A stretch of DNA of 64,000 nt. It comes from a virus. Where the stretch lies: IMG/VR virus record IMGVR_UViG_3300032247_000624, positions 4,277 to 68,276 of that record. One strand, 5' to 3'. The notes beneath the pieces are model-generated. The model was not told where the DNA came from. It worked only from the letters and a program-made list of their open reading frames with translations, and searched no databases. Below are positions 12,801 through 20,085 of this stretch, piece by piece (positions within the stretch are counted from its first letter, which is position 1; each line of letters starts with the position of its first letter). Made by a program: the position numbers and the translations under genes.

Positions 12801-15322
12801 ATATTTTTAATAGCATCAATGTTGTTCTGTAATGTTTTGGCTTCGTATGAAGTTGCTGGAAGATATCCATTAATGATCTGGGTAGAAGTACTGAATTGTG
12901 TGCTTAATTTTTGACCAGTAACAATATTAGGTATAATGGCTTTGATGTAGTCATAAGCCACTGCTGTTTGTGGTACTTCATTTGGAATCGCAGTGCTGTT
13001 AGCATCATACCCCCAATAGTAAACACCTGACTTAATACTCTGCCAGTTGCTGTTGGTTAGTAAGTCAAATGCCACGCTTTGAATTATGTAACCAATATCT
13101 CTAGCACATGTACTGGTATTAAAATTATTGGCACTGTAATTTAGTCCACCACTTGATGTAATATAATCAATTGTTTGTGCTTGAATTGACGGAATAGCGG
13201 CAATTATGGCATTATATACATTGACTGTGGCTGTGGTGGTTGATGGCAGACTAGGAGTAATCAGTGCGCTAGATACACCTGTTCCAAAAGCATCAGCAGG
13301 TCCAACACTCAATACTTCCAACAAGTTATTAAACAAATTACTGATATAATTTGTGGAATTTTCAGTAGGATCAATAGTGGTAGCAGTATTTTGTACTAGT
13401 GTTTGAACATAAACTATAGCATTGGTTGTGGTTGTGATTTCTTCGGCAATTAACCCAGTGTATCCAACATCTTGGTTCCAATATTGTAGACCCGCAAATG
13501 TACTTTCTGTTGTACCCTGATACAACATATCAAGTCCAATAGAATCAAGAATTAAACCAACATCCCTATAGCACTTGGCTTGATCATATGTAAAACTGCC
13601 GCTATTGAACGTTTGATCAACAAAGCTCACAACCTGAGACTGCATAAATGGTCGGTTGGCCAACAATAAGGTTCTAGCATCAAAAAATCCTTTGTGCTGT
13701 GGACCTTGATTTAAGTACATGCCTTGGACTATAGTTCCTGTAGATATTGAATGATCTAATGTAACTACTATACTAGTTGTATTTGCTACCCATGTAGCGG
13801 TACCTATAGCGATAGGAACTTGAACAGTGCCATCAGGTTGGAATAGACTAGCGTCTCGTAACCATGGACCGGAAAGGTTTGTACAGTTTTGAATGTATGG
13901 TGAGTGGAATAAGTCAATTCTGTTAGCACCTGTTTGTGGAGGGAAGGCAGTAGCATAAGCGCCTCGATTGTAACCATTGGCATAGTAATTTCCAGGCAGC
14001 AATCCGCTACGTCCTTGACAGAACTGCATGAACGCCAAATAGCAACCAGAATTAACGTGGAACAAGTCTTGTGTCTTATTAATTGGCTCAATTTCTGTTG
14101 TACGAATGTCACTACCCATAACGCTGGTGTATGGCTTCATTGGCAGTGGGTTATTTTCAAAATAGTGTCCGGCGCTAACACGGATCTGCGTACCTGGTTG
14201 ATAATAAGGACTCTTCATGGCGCCGCCAATAGTACGGCAAGCGCGACTAGCATCCATAGCACGACCATCATTAGTGTCGTCACCATCCATAGTTACATAC
14301 AATGTGTTAGTAACAACAGGTCCAGTACCTAGTGGATTGACCCCGCGAACACGGATATCACCAAAAATATCAGTTAGCTGGCCTGCTGGTTTAACTGCTA
14401 TATCACCCTGTGTGCTGGCCAACAAGTTGGTATAAATTGCCTCAGCATAGGCCTTGCCACCAATATGTACATCCTTAGCAATACCAGCGCCACCAGCAAC
14501 CAGTAAAGCACCTGTGGTTGTAGTTGTTGAGTTATAATCGGCAGCTACCTTTACTTGATCTGATGTCAGCTGACCCAAGAATGGATTATAAGTCAACCCA
14601 CCTGTGCTAGTGCTTGTGCCGGTTGACACATTATCAATAAAGTTTGGGCTATAAACTGAGCTTGTGCCAGAAGCAGTAAATTGCGCAAATGTTGGATAAA
14701 ACACTTGATTCACATTGGTCGCAGTGACTTGGAAACTTTGTGAGGTAGTGGCCTGTTGAATACGACCGTAAATAAATCCGCCAACGTTCAAGTCTTTTTC
14801 AATACCAACACCGCCATTAACATATACAGCACCGAGCTGTCTATGAGCTGCAGTATCGTATATGTTGGTATTGGTGTAGAGAAGATTTATTGGATTGCCA
14901 ACGTTATCTGAATTGGGTTTGATAACAATACCAGTTGTGGCAGTTGTGGCTGTGTTTAACAATCCCATGACTTCCAAAGTCCCAGTAATGGTAGTGGCAC
15001 TCTTTACATTTAAGTTAGCTCCAATATTGGTGGTGCTACCAATAAACACAACACCACCGATACCAACCCCGCCCACCACTGTAAGTCCGCCAGACTGTGT
15101 GCCTGTAGAAGCTAGAGGAGAAAGAATACTGACCTGCCCAGTGAGAGTACTCTTCAGTGCCACAGTCAGTGTGTTGGAAATGAATGTATTCCCGCCTATA
15201 TTGGTATTGCCAGTAATGTTCGTACTAGTGGAACTAATGGTGACTTCACCATTAGGCGCGGATAAATTTGTTACCCCTTGTGGGGTTTGTACTCGAGTTC
15301 CGGATACTGTTACAGTGGCCAT
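6842..15322 (-). CDS. Giant virion protein (2826 aa): pectin-lyase-like beta-helix interrupted by 11 helical C-x-R-D repeats
   Basis: LYVTMDGDDTNDG...TIGGA...IRVSAGHY beta-helix cap, SPYIQNCT and FTQ...GYAQLVSVF segments. C-x-R-D repeats are 140-171 aa apart. AAGGA SD and TAAATA at 15340-15345. Confidence 0.8.
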   Translation of the reverse strand: MATVTVSGTRVQTPQGVTNLSAPNGEVTISSTSTNITGNTNIGGNTFISNTLTVALKSTLTGQVSILSPLASTGTQSGGLTVVGGVGIGGVVFIGSTTNIGANLNVKSATTITGTLEVMGLLNTATTATTGIVIKPNSDNVGNPINLLYTNTNIYDTAAHRQLGAVYVNGGVGIEKDLNVGGFIYGRIQQATTSQSFQVTATNVNQVFYPTFAQFTASGTSSVYSPNFIDNVSTGTSTSTGGLTYNPFLGQLTSDQVKVAADYNSTTTTTGALLVAGGAGIAKDVHIGGKAYAEAIYTNLLASTQGDIAVKPAGQLTDIFGDIRVRGVNPLGTGPVVTNTLYVTMDGDDTNDGRAMDASRACRTIGGAMKSPYYQPGTQIRVSAGHYFENNPLPMKPYTSVMGSDIRTTEIEPINKTQDLFHVNSGCYLAFMQFCQGRSGLLPGNYYANGYNRGAYATAFPPQTGANRIDLFHSPYIQNCTNLSGPWLRDASLFQPDGTVQVPIAIGTATWVANTTSIVVTLDHSISTGTIVQGMYLNQGPQHKGFFDARTLLLANRPFMQSQVVSFVDQTFNSGSFTYDQAKCYRDVGLILDSIGLDMLYQGTTESTFAGLQYWNQDVGYTGLIAEEITTTTNAIVYVQTLVQNTATTIDPTENSTNYISNLFNNLLEVLSVGPADAFGTGVSSALITPSLPSTTTATVNVYNAIIAAIPSIQAQTIDYITSSGGLNYSANNFNTSTCARDIGYIIQSVAFDLLTNSNWQSIKSGVYYWGYDANSTAIPNEVPQTAVAYDYIKAIIPNIVTGQKLSTQFSTSTQIINGYLPATSYEAKTLQNNIDAIKNIIVNGPSVAGEQAPIAYNESGNIEVLNAWQLLEANRSFIQAEVVAYVDSQFNTFSYNRELCYRDTGILIENVAYDATFGGNAKSIESGLAYWNGAVSIIAGQQPQTAAAINYLNSLCQQVITNTTCTLLAPVYGISSGTQVINTVLNQGSVASSSIASCFGIITDIIQNGPSAAPESFSSSAADAAYLSAEVLMQLNRKFIQEDTINWINNTFQAFPYNKVKCERDIGVILNSVIEDVLFPTSSFSQSTFAGLQYYSQSTSTQAIIPDEINQTVSAVKYLSELSAKIVQNITPADDLVARYQTAVPQVTNLTPANADEAAIIQANYSNILSILGGKTTGWTDQLEFGFTASRFLSIKNAYALLQANKAYLEAEVVAYINATNPGFSTTYNQETCKRDIGYMTDCVSFDLLHGGNKQSIQAGLCYYGFISTVSNIVNETTQTVAAFAFMSNLVGEVIQNIPVIALSTATQNLVSAPAVTTTATIDLFAQAFSTITNIIANGPSVAADVSPISLIGTTSTDALNALTILQSNLSFIQAEVLQYIDNTYQSISYTYNTSTCYRDTGLIIDSIATDLLYDSLSESTFAGLQYWNQGGLTGLIGVELTTTTAAINFASSLTVALISDSGIKTTVSGLFNEITTILNNGTAGVTDIIQSNGLPSTTSTIVTAYNTIQNNISSIQQQTINWINYTYPSFVYSTSTCYRDLGYILNSVSFDLLHGGNKQSVKSGVYYYSYISTSSQVSTEIPEVTAAYDFVSDLVRYVVLAEPAPRVFQTSTIQVTTLPAATSNEVGSLQGNLTVITNIISNGPAAAGPKIPIGQQMDSNPNVLNAYNLLIANRQFIQDETIAFINGTFVRPGPSFSYNETLCYRDTGLIVDAVSQDILLGGNAKSIEAGLAYWNQGYNYVTGQETTTTLAISHARDLALKIIANEPVFPQPQTETKQIINTFYSYGGAYMPSQAVARNFNIITDIINRGPIYAPIEYPGSGLVNSTGLNALDVQIAPKVTSLQQLTSNTYLVGMSTATVGFGDYATLYFGDTYIWPLQDPQVEELALQYTGNTGTWDMRKFDPIGGMGGSLVDGAVISDRSPIQSFVYDAFTQLTQGGRGVHITNDGYAQLVSVFTIFSSVGVQVDNGGIASIVNSNANFGDQCLVAKGYGLRKFSGTIYNPAYIAYPYSPGPDGLNQYYPQGYWPKNGNVEIFLPDTNDRPHISLVMEVVPPTTYINYAGEVVPYTNSQGFPGFLNAQPSTSTITTGSITINNIDVTGIAVGNFVYITDQFGYTYDSFPYVHDEFGRYLDSNGKITTTVTNYIPNDNYGIQYFTTGTYVTDVNYQSVTFNYALPTGGGFADNPNYFTFYFCGKAYYTVLSSTIADNPRVTGTNILSTSNRNITVDQTEAHINSLLFLNELVDNVVGNIPVRTLQTGTQTSTQTFLLTVTGGADANTFIDLRFNEMVTILGATTSTYNSVVPPNLVKKSGTIPQGAGSAISLIEANIAFMEDEISAFVSQLTNTSTFVYNQTTCARDLGYVLDGTYYDVALGTNYNAVTSGLAYARGTAAAVTSTELVATINAYDFAQQQAAQALASNATAVARSTAEFNEIKNILANGATVANVVTFPAPTNATTATINAVSQLTSNKSFLQSEIIAWISANYSYLTYNSAACYRDVGFLIDAMCYDVMYGGNSATLICANAYFDPAGQLVISGNETAATSAAYYYLSQIAQNVVLGQTVTPTAGNTQTQSQNGNYGSNTQTGQISSNFAIIYGAIQNATPPTATVVHPNLSWVDSGILAAANYMAGQKTTIIDDTISYINTSFNTGPGSNQIKLTPSQALKCKRDIGITLQRLIYDLETGGNYNSVQVGLSYWSRDGTHHIVSLGENVTDATLFPDGATVNFYQRSYISASGYVFEYVGAGTNYGALPQFGIADPVQSKETVQLDTGKVFFTSTDQNGDFRIGPGLVISQATGVLSGRTFTKSLFANLTPFILAIEGGGTF

Positions 15323-15350
15323 TTCTTATTCCTTTAGAGTATTTATTGTT

Positions 15351-15884
15351 TTAGAATATCTGTAATTCAACATGGTTGATATAGGCGCCGTCTCGGTGCG
15401 GATATCTTGGGTGTGCTTGGAATCTTAAAATCACCCCAAACGTTGGATCTATTATATCCTGTATACTCAATTCTGTTTTCCATAAATCTGTAGGACCTCC
15501 ATAATATTTTATAGGGTCTAGGTTAAGTGTGCCATAATTGCTGCCTATTTCAACATTGTTTAAACAAAGCTGAACTGTGTCATCTGTTACCCGGCCTCGT
15601 CTGTTGGTTGTCAACTTTAGTTGTATTCCAGAAAGCACCGCGGGCACATTGACAAAATTAAATCCACAAAGTTTTAGATAAAAAGTCTTTGTTGTCAAAT
15701 CAGCTTTAGGCTGACGAGCAATATGTTGTAATTGTCCTTTAGTTGATATTGATCCAGAATTAGCGATCAACTGACTAAAGTTTTGTGAATCATCCCACGG
15801 CACATTTGATAATTCTAAACCTTGTTCAGCGCCAGGTTCATCATATTGCGTAATAATTGTTGGCGATGTCCAAAGTGTACTCAT
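15351..15884 (-). CDS. Hypothetical virion protein, probable jelly-roll domain (177 aa)
   Basis: YGGPTDLW...FGV motif. TAAATA lies 5 nt upstream of the ATG. Confidence 0.65.
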   Translation of the reverse strand: MSTLWTSPTIITQYDEPGAEQGLELSNVPWDDSQNFSQLIANSGSISTKGQLQHIARQPKADLTTKTFYLKLCGFNFVNVPAVLSGIQLKLTTNRRGRVTDDTVQLCLNNVEIGSNYGTLNLDPIKYYGGPTDLWKTELSIQDIIDPTFGVILRFQAHPRYPHRDGAYINHVELQIF

Positions 15885-15922
15885 ACCAATATTTACCTAA
15901 TCTGTTTGTGTGCGTACAGAAT

Positions 15923-15947
15923 AAAAAAGGCTCCGAAGAGCCTTTTT
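15923..15947 (-). terminator. Rho-independent terminator, possibly bidirectional
   Basis: Minus strand AAAAAGGCTC-TTCG-GAGCCTTTTTT (cUUCGg loop) just after the 336-aa gene stop. Confidence 0.9.
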
Positions 15948-15963
15948 GTGTTGTTAAAAACTA

Positions 15964-16974
15964 TTAGGCGTTTTCTATTTGTACAGATTTATTCAATACC
16001 GCTGCGCCAAAAGTCCATCTAACAATTTGTCCGTTGGGATAAGTTGTTGGATTGGCAAACTCATAGTTTGAGCCGCCAGCCTTGCGTATCACAACAGCAT
16101 TGCGTGAAGATAACTTCATGACAAAGTAATTGTTACCAGTACTGTCAGTTGCTTGAATATATGCTTGATTAACTAATGGAGTCGCCGTAGCTACCAGTTT
16201 GCATACTGCTGTACCGTTGGCAGTTCTAATTCTATAACGGTGTGAACCCTTTTGAGCTTGAATGTCACCAATTAGTACAGATCCGCCACCAGTTGTTTTG
16301 GCACGTACAATGATAGCATTTTCTTGATTAGTTGGAGAACTAACTGCGCCAGTATCAGTTGTTAGTGTTACAACGTTTAATGATGGAGCTGTTTGACCAG
16401 TGAATGTATGGCCACCCCATGTCAATGCAGGAACTGTAACGTAACCAGAACCTTGTTCAGTAACTTCAATACGTTTGACACGGAATGTTACGTTAATTTG
16501 TAAGTCTGTACCAGCATTAGGTGCTTGTAGCACTTGGAATGTTGTAATACCAGCGCCAGTAATATCACCACGACGGAATTCACCACGGTTAGTTCCAGCA
16601 GTAGTTACATCAACTGCTGTAACTTTGCTAGCAACTTCAGTAATATTAACAATAGCACCGCCACCTAGACCAACAATACTGGTTGATAAACCTGGTAAGT
16701 AGTCAGCATTTGTTTGACCACCACTTGAGAATGTAACTGTGGCAACTTCAAAAACTGGACTTAGTAATGCTGTAACACCGCCTGGAATTGTTGGTGCGGC
16801 TGCTGTTAGTGTTGGAAAATTTTGATATGTGTTACTGATAACAATGCTACCAACTCCACCACCTGGTTGACTAACACTTGCTACACCTTCACCACCAATA
16901 CCATTATCAGCTGTTGTGCTTGAGGAACCTACGTTGCGGTTACCGAAAAATCTTTTTGCTAAAGGACGTCCCAT
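15964..16974 (-). CDS. Putative capsid decoration/virion protein downstream of the major capsid gene (336 aa)
   Basis: MGRPLAKRFFG start, GSGY-x-x-x-P motif, AAGGAG SD. It has its own promoter and terminator, suggesting a high-copy product. Confidence 0.65.
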   Translation of the reverse strand: MGRPLAKRFFGNRNVGSSSTTADNGIGGEGVASVSQPGGGVGSIVISNTYQNFPTLTAAAPTIPGGVTALLSPVFEVATVTFSSGGQTNADYLPGLSTSIVGLGGGAIVNITEVASKVTAVDVTTAGTNRGEFRRGDITGAGITTFQVLQAPNAGTDLQINVTFRVKRIEVTEQGSGYVTVPALTWGGHTFTGQTAPSLNVVTLTTDTGAVSSPTNQENAIIVRAKTTGGGSVLIGDIQAQKGSHRYRIRTANGTAVCKLVATATPLVNQAYIQATDSTGNNYFVMKLSSRNAVVIRKAGGSNYEFANPTTYPNGQIVRWTFGAAVLNKSVQIENA

Positions 16975-16996
16975 TTTATTTCTCCTTATTAGAATA

Positions 16997-17068
16997 ATGA
17001 CATTCTATGTCATACGCGGTTGGATTTCCGCATAAAATTTACCCTATGTAAATCATACCATGTATTTA
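16997..17068 (-). promoter_or_regulatory. Late promoter (TAAATA 17063-17068) with a structured 5' leader
   Basis: Two adjacent hairpins TATGCGG-N8-CCGCGTA and ATGACAT-AGA-ATGTCAT lie before the SD. Confidence 0.55.
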
Positions 17069-17076
17069 TTGACAGT

Positions 17077-17102
17077 CAACAAAAAGCCCACCTAAGTGGG
17101 CT
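17077..17102 (-). terminator. Rho-independent terminator of the head operon
   Basis: Minus strand AGCCCAC-TTAG-GTGGGCT-TTTTGTTG after the major capsid stop. Confidence 0.9.
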
Positions 17103-17129
17103 CTTGTTTGTTTAACACCAGTAAATGGA

Positions 17130-18308
17130 TTACTGGAAGGAAACGTTTGCGCTAGTGATAGCAACTTTACCTAAGTAGTCAGCGGCATTGCCTAGAGAAG
17201 AAGCAGTGTTGCTCAACTCAACATAACCGTAACGTGTTAGGAAGCCAACTACTGGCTCAAATGTTGCTGGATCTAGAACAACACCAGAGCTCATTAGAGG
17301 AATATATGGGCAATAGAACGCTGCAGCATCTGCTTCGCTAGAACCTTTGTATCCAATTAGCACTTGGTTGTTATCGTTACCTGTATCTGTCATGTATGCG
17401 TCAACATAAACACGCATAGCACCATTCAATGTACCAACAAACTTAGTGTTTGTAGGTGCTTCGAATGTACCTTCTGTTGTACGAGCAAAAGCGCTGGTAG
17501 TAGCAGATTGTAGAATTGTCAATGCTTGGTTAGAAACAACAGCCCAGTTACCAGCACCACGACGTGTACGCTGAGCAATTAAGTTAGCAACACGGTTGAT
17601 TTGGATAGCTAGAGCGGCGTGCTCGTCACCAACGAATGTAGCTGTACCGCTAACTAAACTTTGATCATATGTTTGTTCAACACTGGCCAAGCTACGTAGG
17701 GAAGCTAGGATTTCTTGATCAATTTCAGTTGTGATTTCTTGTGCTAGAGCAGCCATGATTTCTGCTTCGATGTCAATGCCTTGTTGGCTTTGTGCGTCTT
17801 GTGCAGCTTCAAAAGTCCAGCGAGCGCTTAGTTTACGAGACTTAGCTTCAACTGGGCTCTTCAAGATTTGAATGCTCATACGCTTGCCTGGTTGACCTTC
17901 AAGTAAACTTGTAGATGCGGCACCTGGTGTAGCGTCAGTGTTGTTACCACTGTAAGCACTGGCGATCTTGAATGGGCTTAATGCCTCTTCACCTGCTTGA
18001 ACGTTGTCGCCAGAATCAGCGTAACGTACACGCAATGTGTGAATTTGACCAACTGGACCAGTCATTGGCTGAACGCCGATGATTTCGTTGGCAATAACTG
18101 TTGGCATAACACGACGAATAACTGGAAGAATAACACGGTTAAGTGTTGCTACGTTACCAGCGCTTGTCGCGCCTGCTGTTGCGCTTTCAGCCAAATACTT
18201 ACGTGTGTTTTCTAAGCAAACTTGCATAGAAGCACGGCGTGTACCAGATAGGCCTTCAAGCAGAGCTTCTTTGGTCTCTGACCATCTTTCATTTAATAGT
18301 TGTGACAT
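17130..18308 (-). CDS. gp23: Major capsid protein (T4 gp23 family)
   Basis: IGVQPMTGPVG, KSRKLSARWTFEAAQD, EITTEIDQEI, FYCPYIPL and GFLTRYG are hallmark gp23 motifs. Confidence 0.98.
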   Translation of the reverse strand: MSQLLNERWSETKEALLEGLSGTRRASMQVCLENTRKYLAESATAGATSAGNVATLNRVILPVIRRVMPTVIANEIIGVQPMTGPVGQIHTLRVRYADSGDNVQAGEEALSPFKIASAYSGNNTDATPGAASTSLLEGQPGKRMSIQILKSPVEAKSRKLSARWTFEAAQDAQSQQGIDIEAEIMAALAQEITTEIDQEILASLRSLASVEQTYDQSLVSGTATFVGDEHAALAIQINRVANLIAQRTRRGAGNWAVVSNQALTILQSATTSAFARTTEGTFEAPTNTKFVGTLNGAMRVYVDAYMTDTGNDNNQVLIGYKGSSEADAAAFYCPYIPLMSSGVVLDPATFEPVVGFLTRYGYVELSNTASSLGNAADYLGKVAITSANVSFQ

Positions 18309-18324
18309 TTTGTGTCTCCTTGAA

Positions 18325-19422
18325 TTATATTTTTGCTAATCCCGCTAACTTGCGGATATCAACAATATTGTCTAAGCCTACCTCGGCTTTCATTTCACGA
18401 TTTCCAGTTACTTCAGAACCTTCACTTAGGATAGCTTTCTTAGGAGCTGTCTTACGTGATTGTCCTTCCATCACTGCTGGTAGGTATTTGTCGAAAGACT
18501 CATTCAGTTTCTTTGTAGGAACAGATTCCAACAATTCTTTCATGATCTCTTTCTTATCAGCACCCAATGGTGCCAACAACTCACCCATAACAGCTTTACG
18601 TTCCATTAGATCTTTAGTAACACGAAGATCGCGTTGTGTAGATTCTACTAGTTGTGTTTTTTCTGCTACGGCTTGTTTGGCTTCAGCAATTTGTTGTTCT
18701 TTCTTTTCAATGATCTTTAACAATTTACTTGTTTCAGATTTTTCATTTAAGTAGGAACCAGCAAACTCCTGAGCAAATGCTTCATAGATCTTACGACCAA
18801 AGTCATTGTTACGAGCACTGTCAATGTCTTCTTTCAATTGCTTGATTTCAGATGTCAACTTGGTTGTAACTGTACCTTCAACGACTCGGGAAGCACGTTG
18901 AATGAAGTTTTGCTTGATTTCAGCAAATTTGTTTTTAGCTTCACGAACTAACTTGACTTTTGTCTCAGCTAGATCCTTTTTGTCTGCAGCAAATTCACTA
19001 ATTTCTTTTGCTAGAGCATGTACTACAAAACTCTCTAGCTTGGAAAAATTCTCAGCAACTTTTTGACGGTCACCTTGGAATTCAACCAATTCTTTTCCTA
19101 ATTGTGTGATTACAAATCCCTCTAGCTTTTTGGCATCTTCAGCAATCTTGGTACGATATGCTGTCTTTGCTTCATCTAGAGCTTTTTTGTCTTCATGCAA
19201 TTCACTCATTTCTGCGAGCAATCTCTCGCTTAACATCTTGTCGACTGCTTCAACAATAGCACCTTTATCTTGGTTATATTTTTGAGCAAACTCTTCACGA
19301 AGTTCTGCGGTTACTTGTTCGCGATTCTCTTTAATTTTTTCAGCAAAGGCAGACTCGATGACAGTGCGTGTATCCTCTGTCATTACTCCTGACTCTACTA
19401 ATTGTTTGAATGCGTCCAACAT
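18325..19422 (-). CDS. gp22: Prohead core/scaffold protein (gp22-like)
   Basis: Coiled-coil and E/K-rich, with FGRKIYEAF. Located between the protease and capsid genes. TTG start with GAGGAG SD. Confidence 0.85.
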   Translation of the reverse strand: MLDAFKQLVESGVMTEDTRTVIESAFAEKIKENREQVTAELREEFAQKYNQDKGAIVEAVDKMLSERLLAEMSELHEDKKALDEAKTAYRTKIAEDAKKLEGFVITQLGKELVEFQGDRQKVAENFSKLESFVVHALAKEISEFAADKKDLAETKVKLVREAKNKFAEIKQNFIQRASRVVEGTVTTKLTSEIKQLKEDIDSARNNDFGRKIYEAFAQEFAGSYLNEKSETSKLLKIIEKKEQQIAEAKQAVAEKTQLVESTQRDLRVTKDLMERKAVMGELLAPLGADKKEIMKELLESVPTKKLNESFDKYLPAVMEGQSRKTAPKKAILSEGSEVTGNREMKAEVGLDNIVDIRKLAGLAKI

Positions 19423-19441
19423 TATTTTTTTCTCCTCGGGC

Positions 19442-20071
19442 TTATTTTAGACCTTTAATAATTTGAAGGAGTGATTCCTTCAAATATTTCTGGGCCTTTG
19501 GATCTTCTTTTACTTCTTGTGCTACCTTAAACGCTCTGTTCCCACCACGAGCATTCATCAAATGCTCGTAAACAGGTGTAGGATACGCTCCAGGCGCACT
19601 TGGCTGAGCAACTACGTCTACTGTAATAATTTCGAAATCAGATACATGGCCGTTCATGTCGTTAACATTGCCGCTACCACGAGAACTAACACCAAGTTTT
19701 ACTCCACTCTCAAGCATAGTACGAACTAAGTTACCCATTGGCGTAGGAAGGATTTTCATCTTTCCATAACCGTTTGGACCCTCCATCCACATTTGAGTTA
19801 TCATATGGGACACACGGTCTAAATTTACTTTTAAATCATCAGGATGATCAACTTCACCCAGTACACTATAACCATTTTTAATCTGATCCATAAGAGTACT
19901 AACCGCACGATCAATTTCGTCTACGGGGTAGACACGTTGGTTTGCGTTGCGAATGCCACCTTGGATGGCAATACCTTTTAAGTAAAGGCTTTTACCGTCC
20001 TTGTCATCAGATTCAAGCATAACTTGAGCCTGATCAAAACTTAGGTGTTCGCGTAGATATGAATATTGCAT
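19442..20071 (-). CDS. gp21: Prohead maturation protease (gp21)
   Basis: NANQRVYP, GEVDHP, VSH, GVSSRGSG and DVVAQPSAPGA motifs. Confidence 0.97.
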   Translation of the reverse strand: MQYSYLREHLSFDQAQVMLESDDKDGKSLYLKGIAIQGGIRNANQRVYPVDEIDRAVSTLMDQIKNGYSVLGEVDHPDDLKVNLDRVSHMITQMWMEGPNGYGKMKILPTPMGNLVRTMLESGVKLGVSSRGSGNVNDMNGHVSDFEIITVDVVAQPSAPGAYPTPVYEHLMNARGGNRAFKVAQEVKEDPKAQKYLKESLLQIIKGLK

Positions 20072-20085
20072 CCTGTTTTCTCTAA

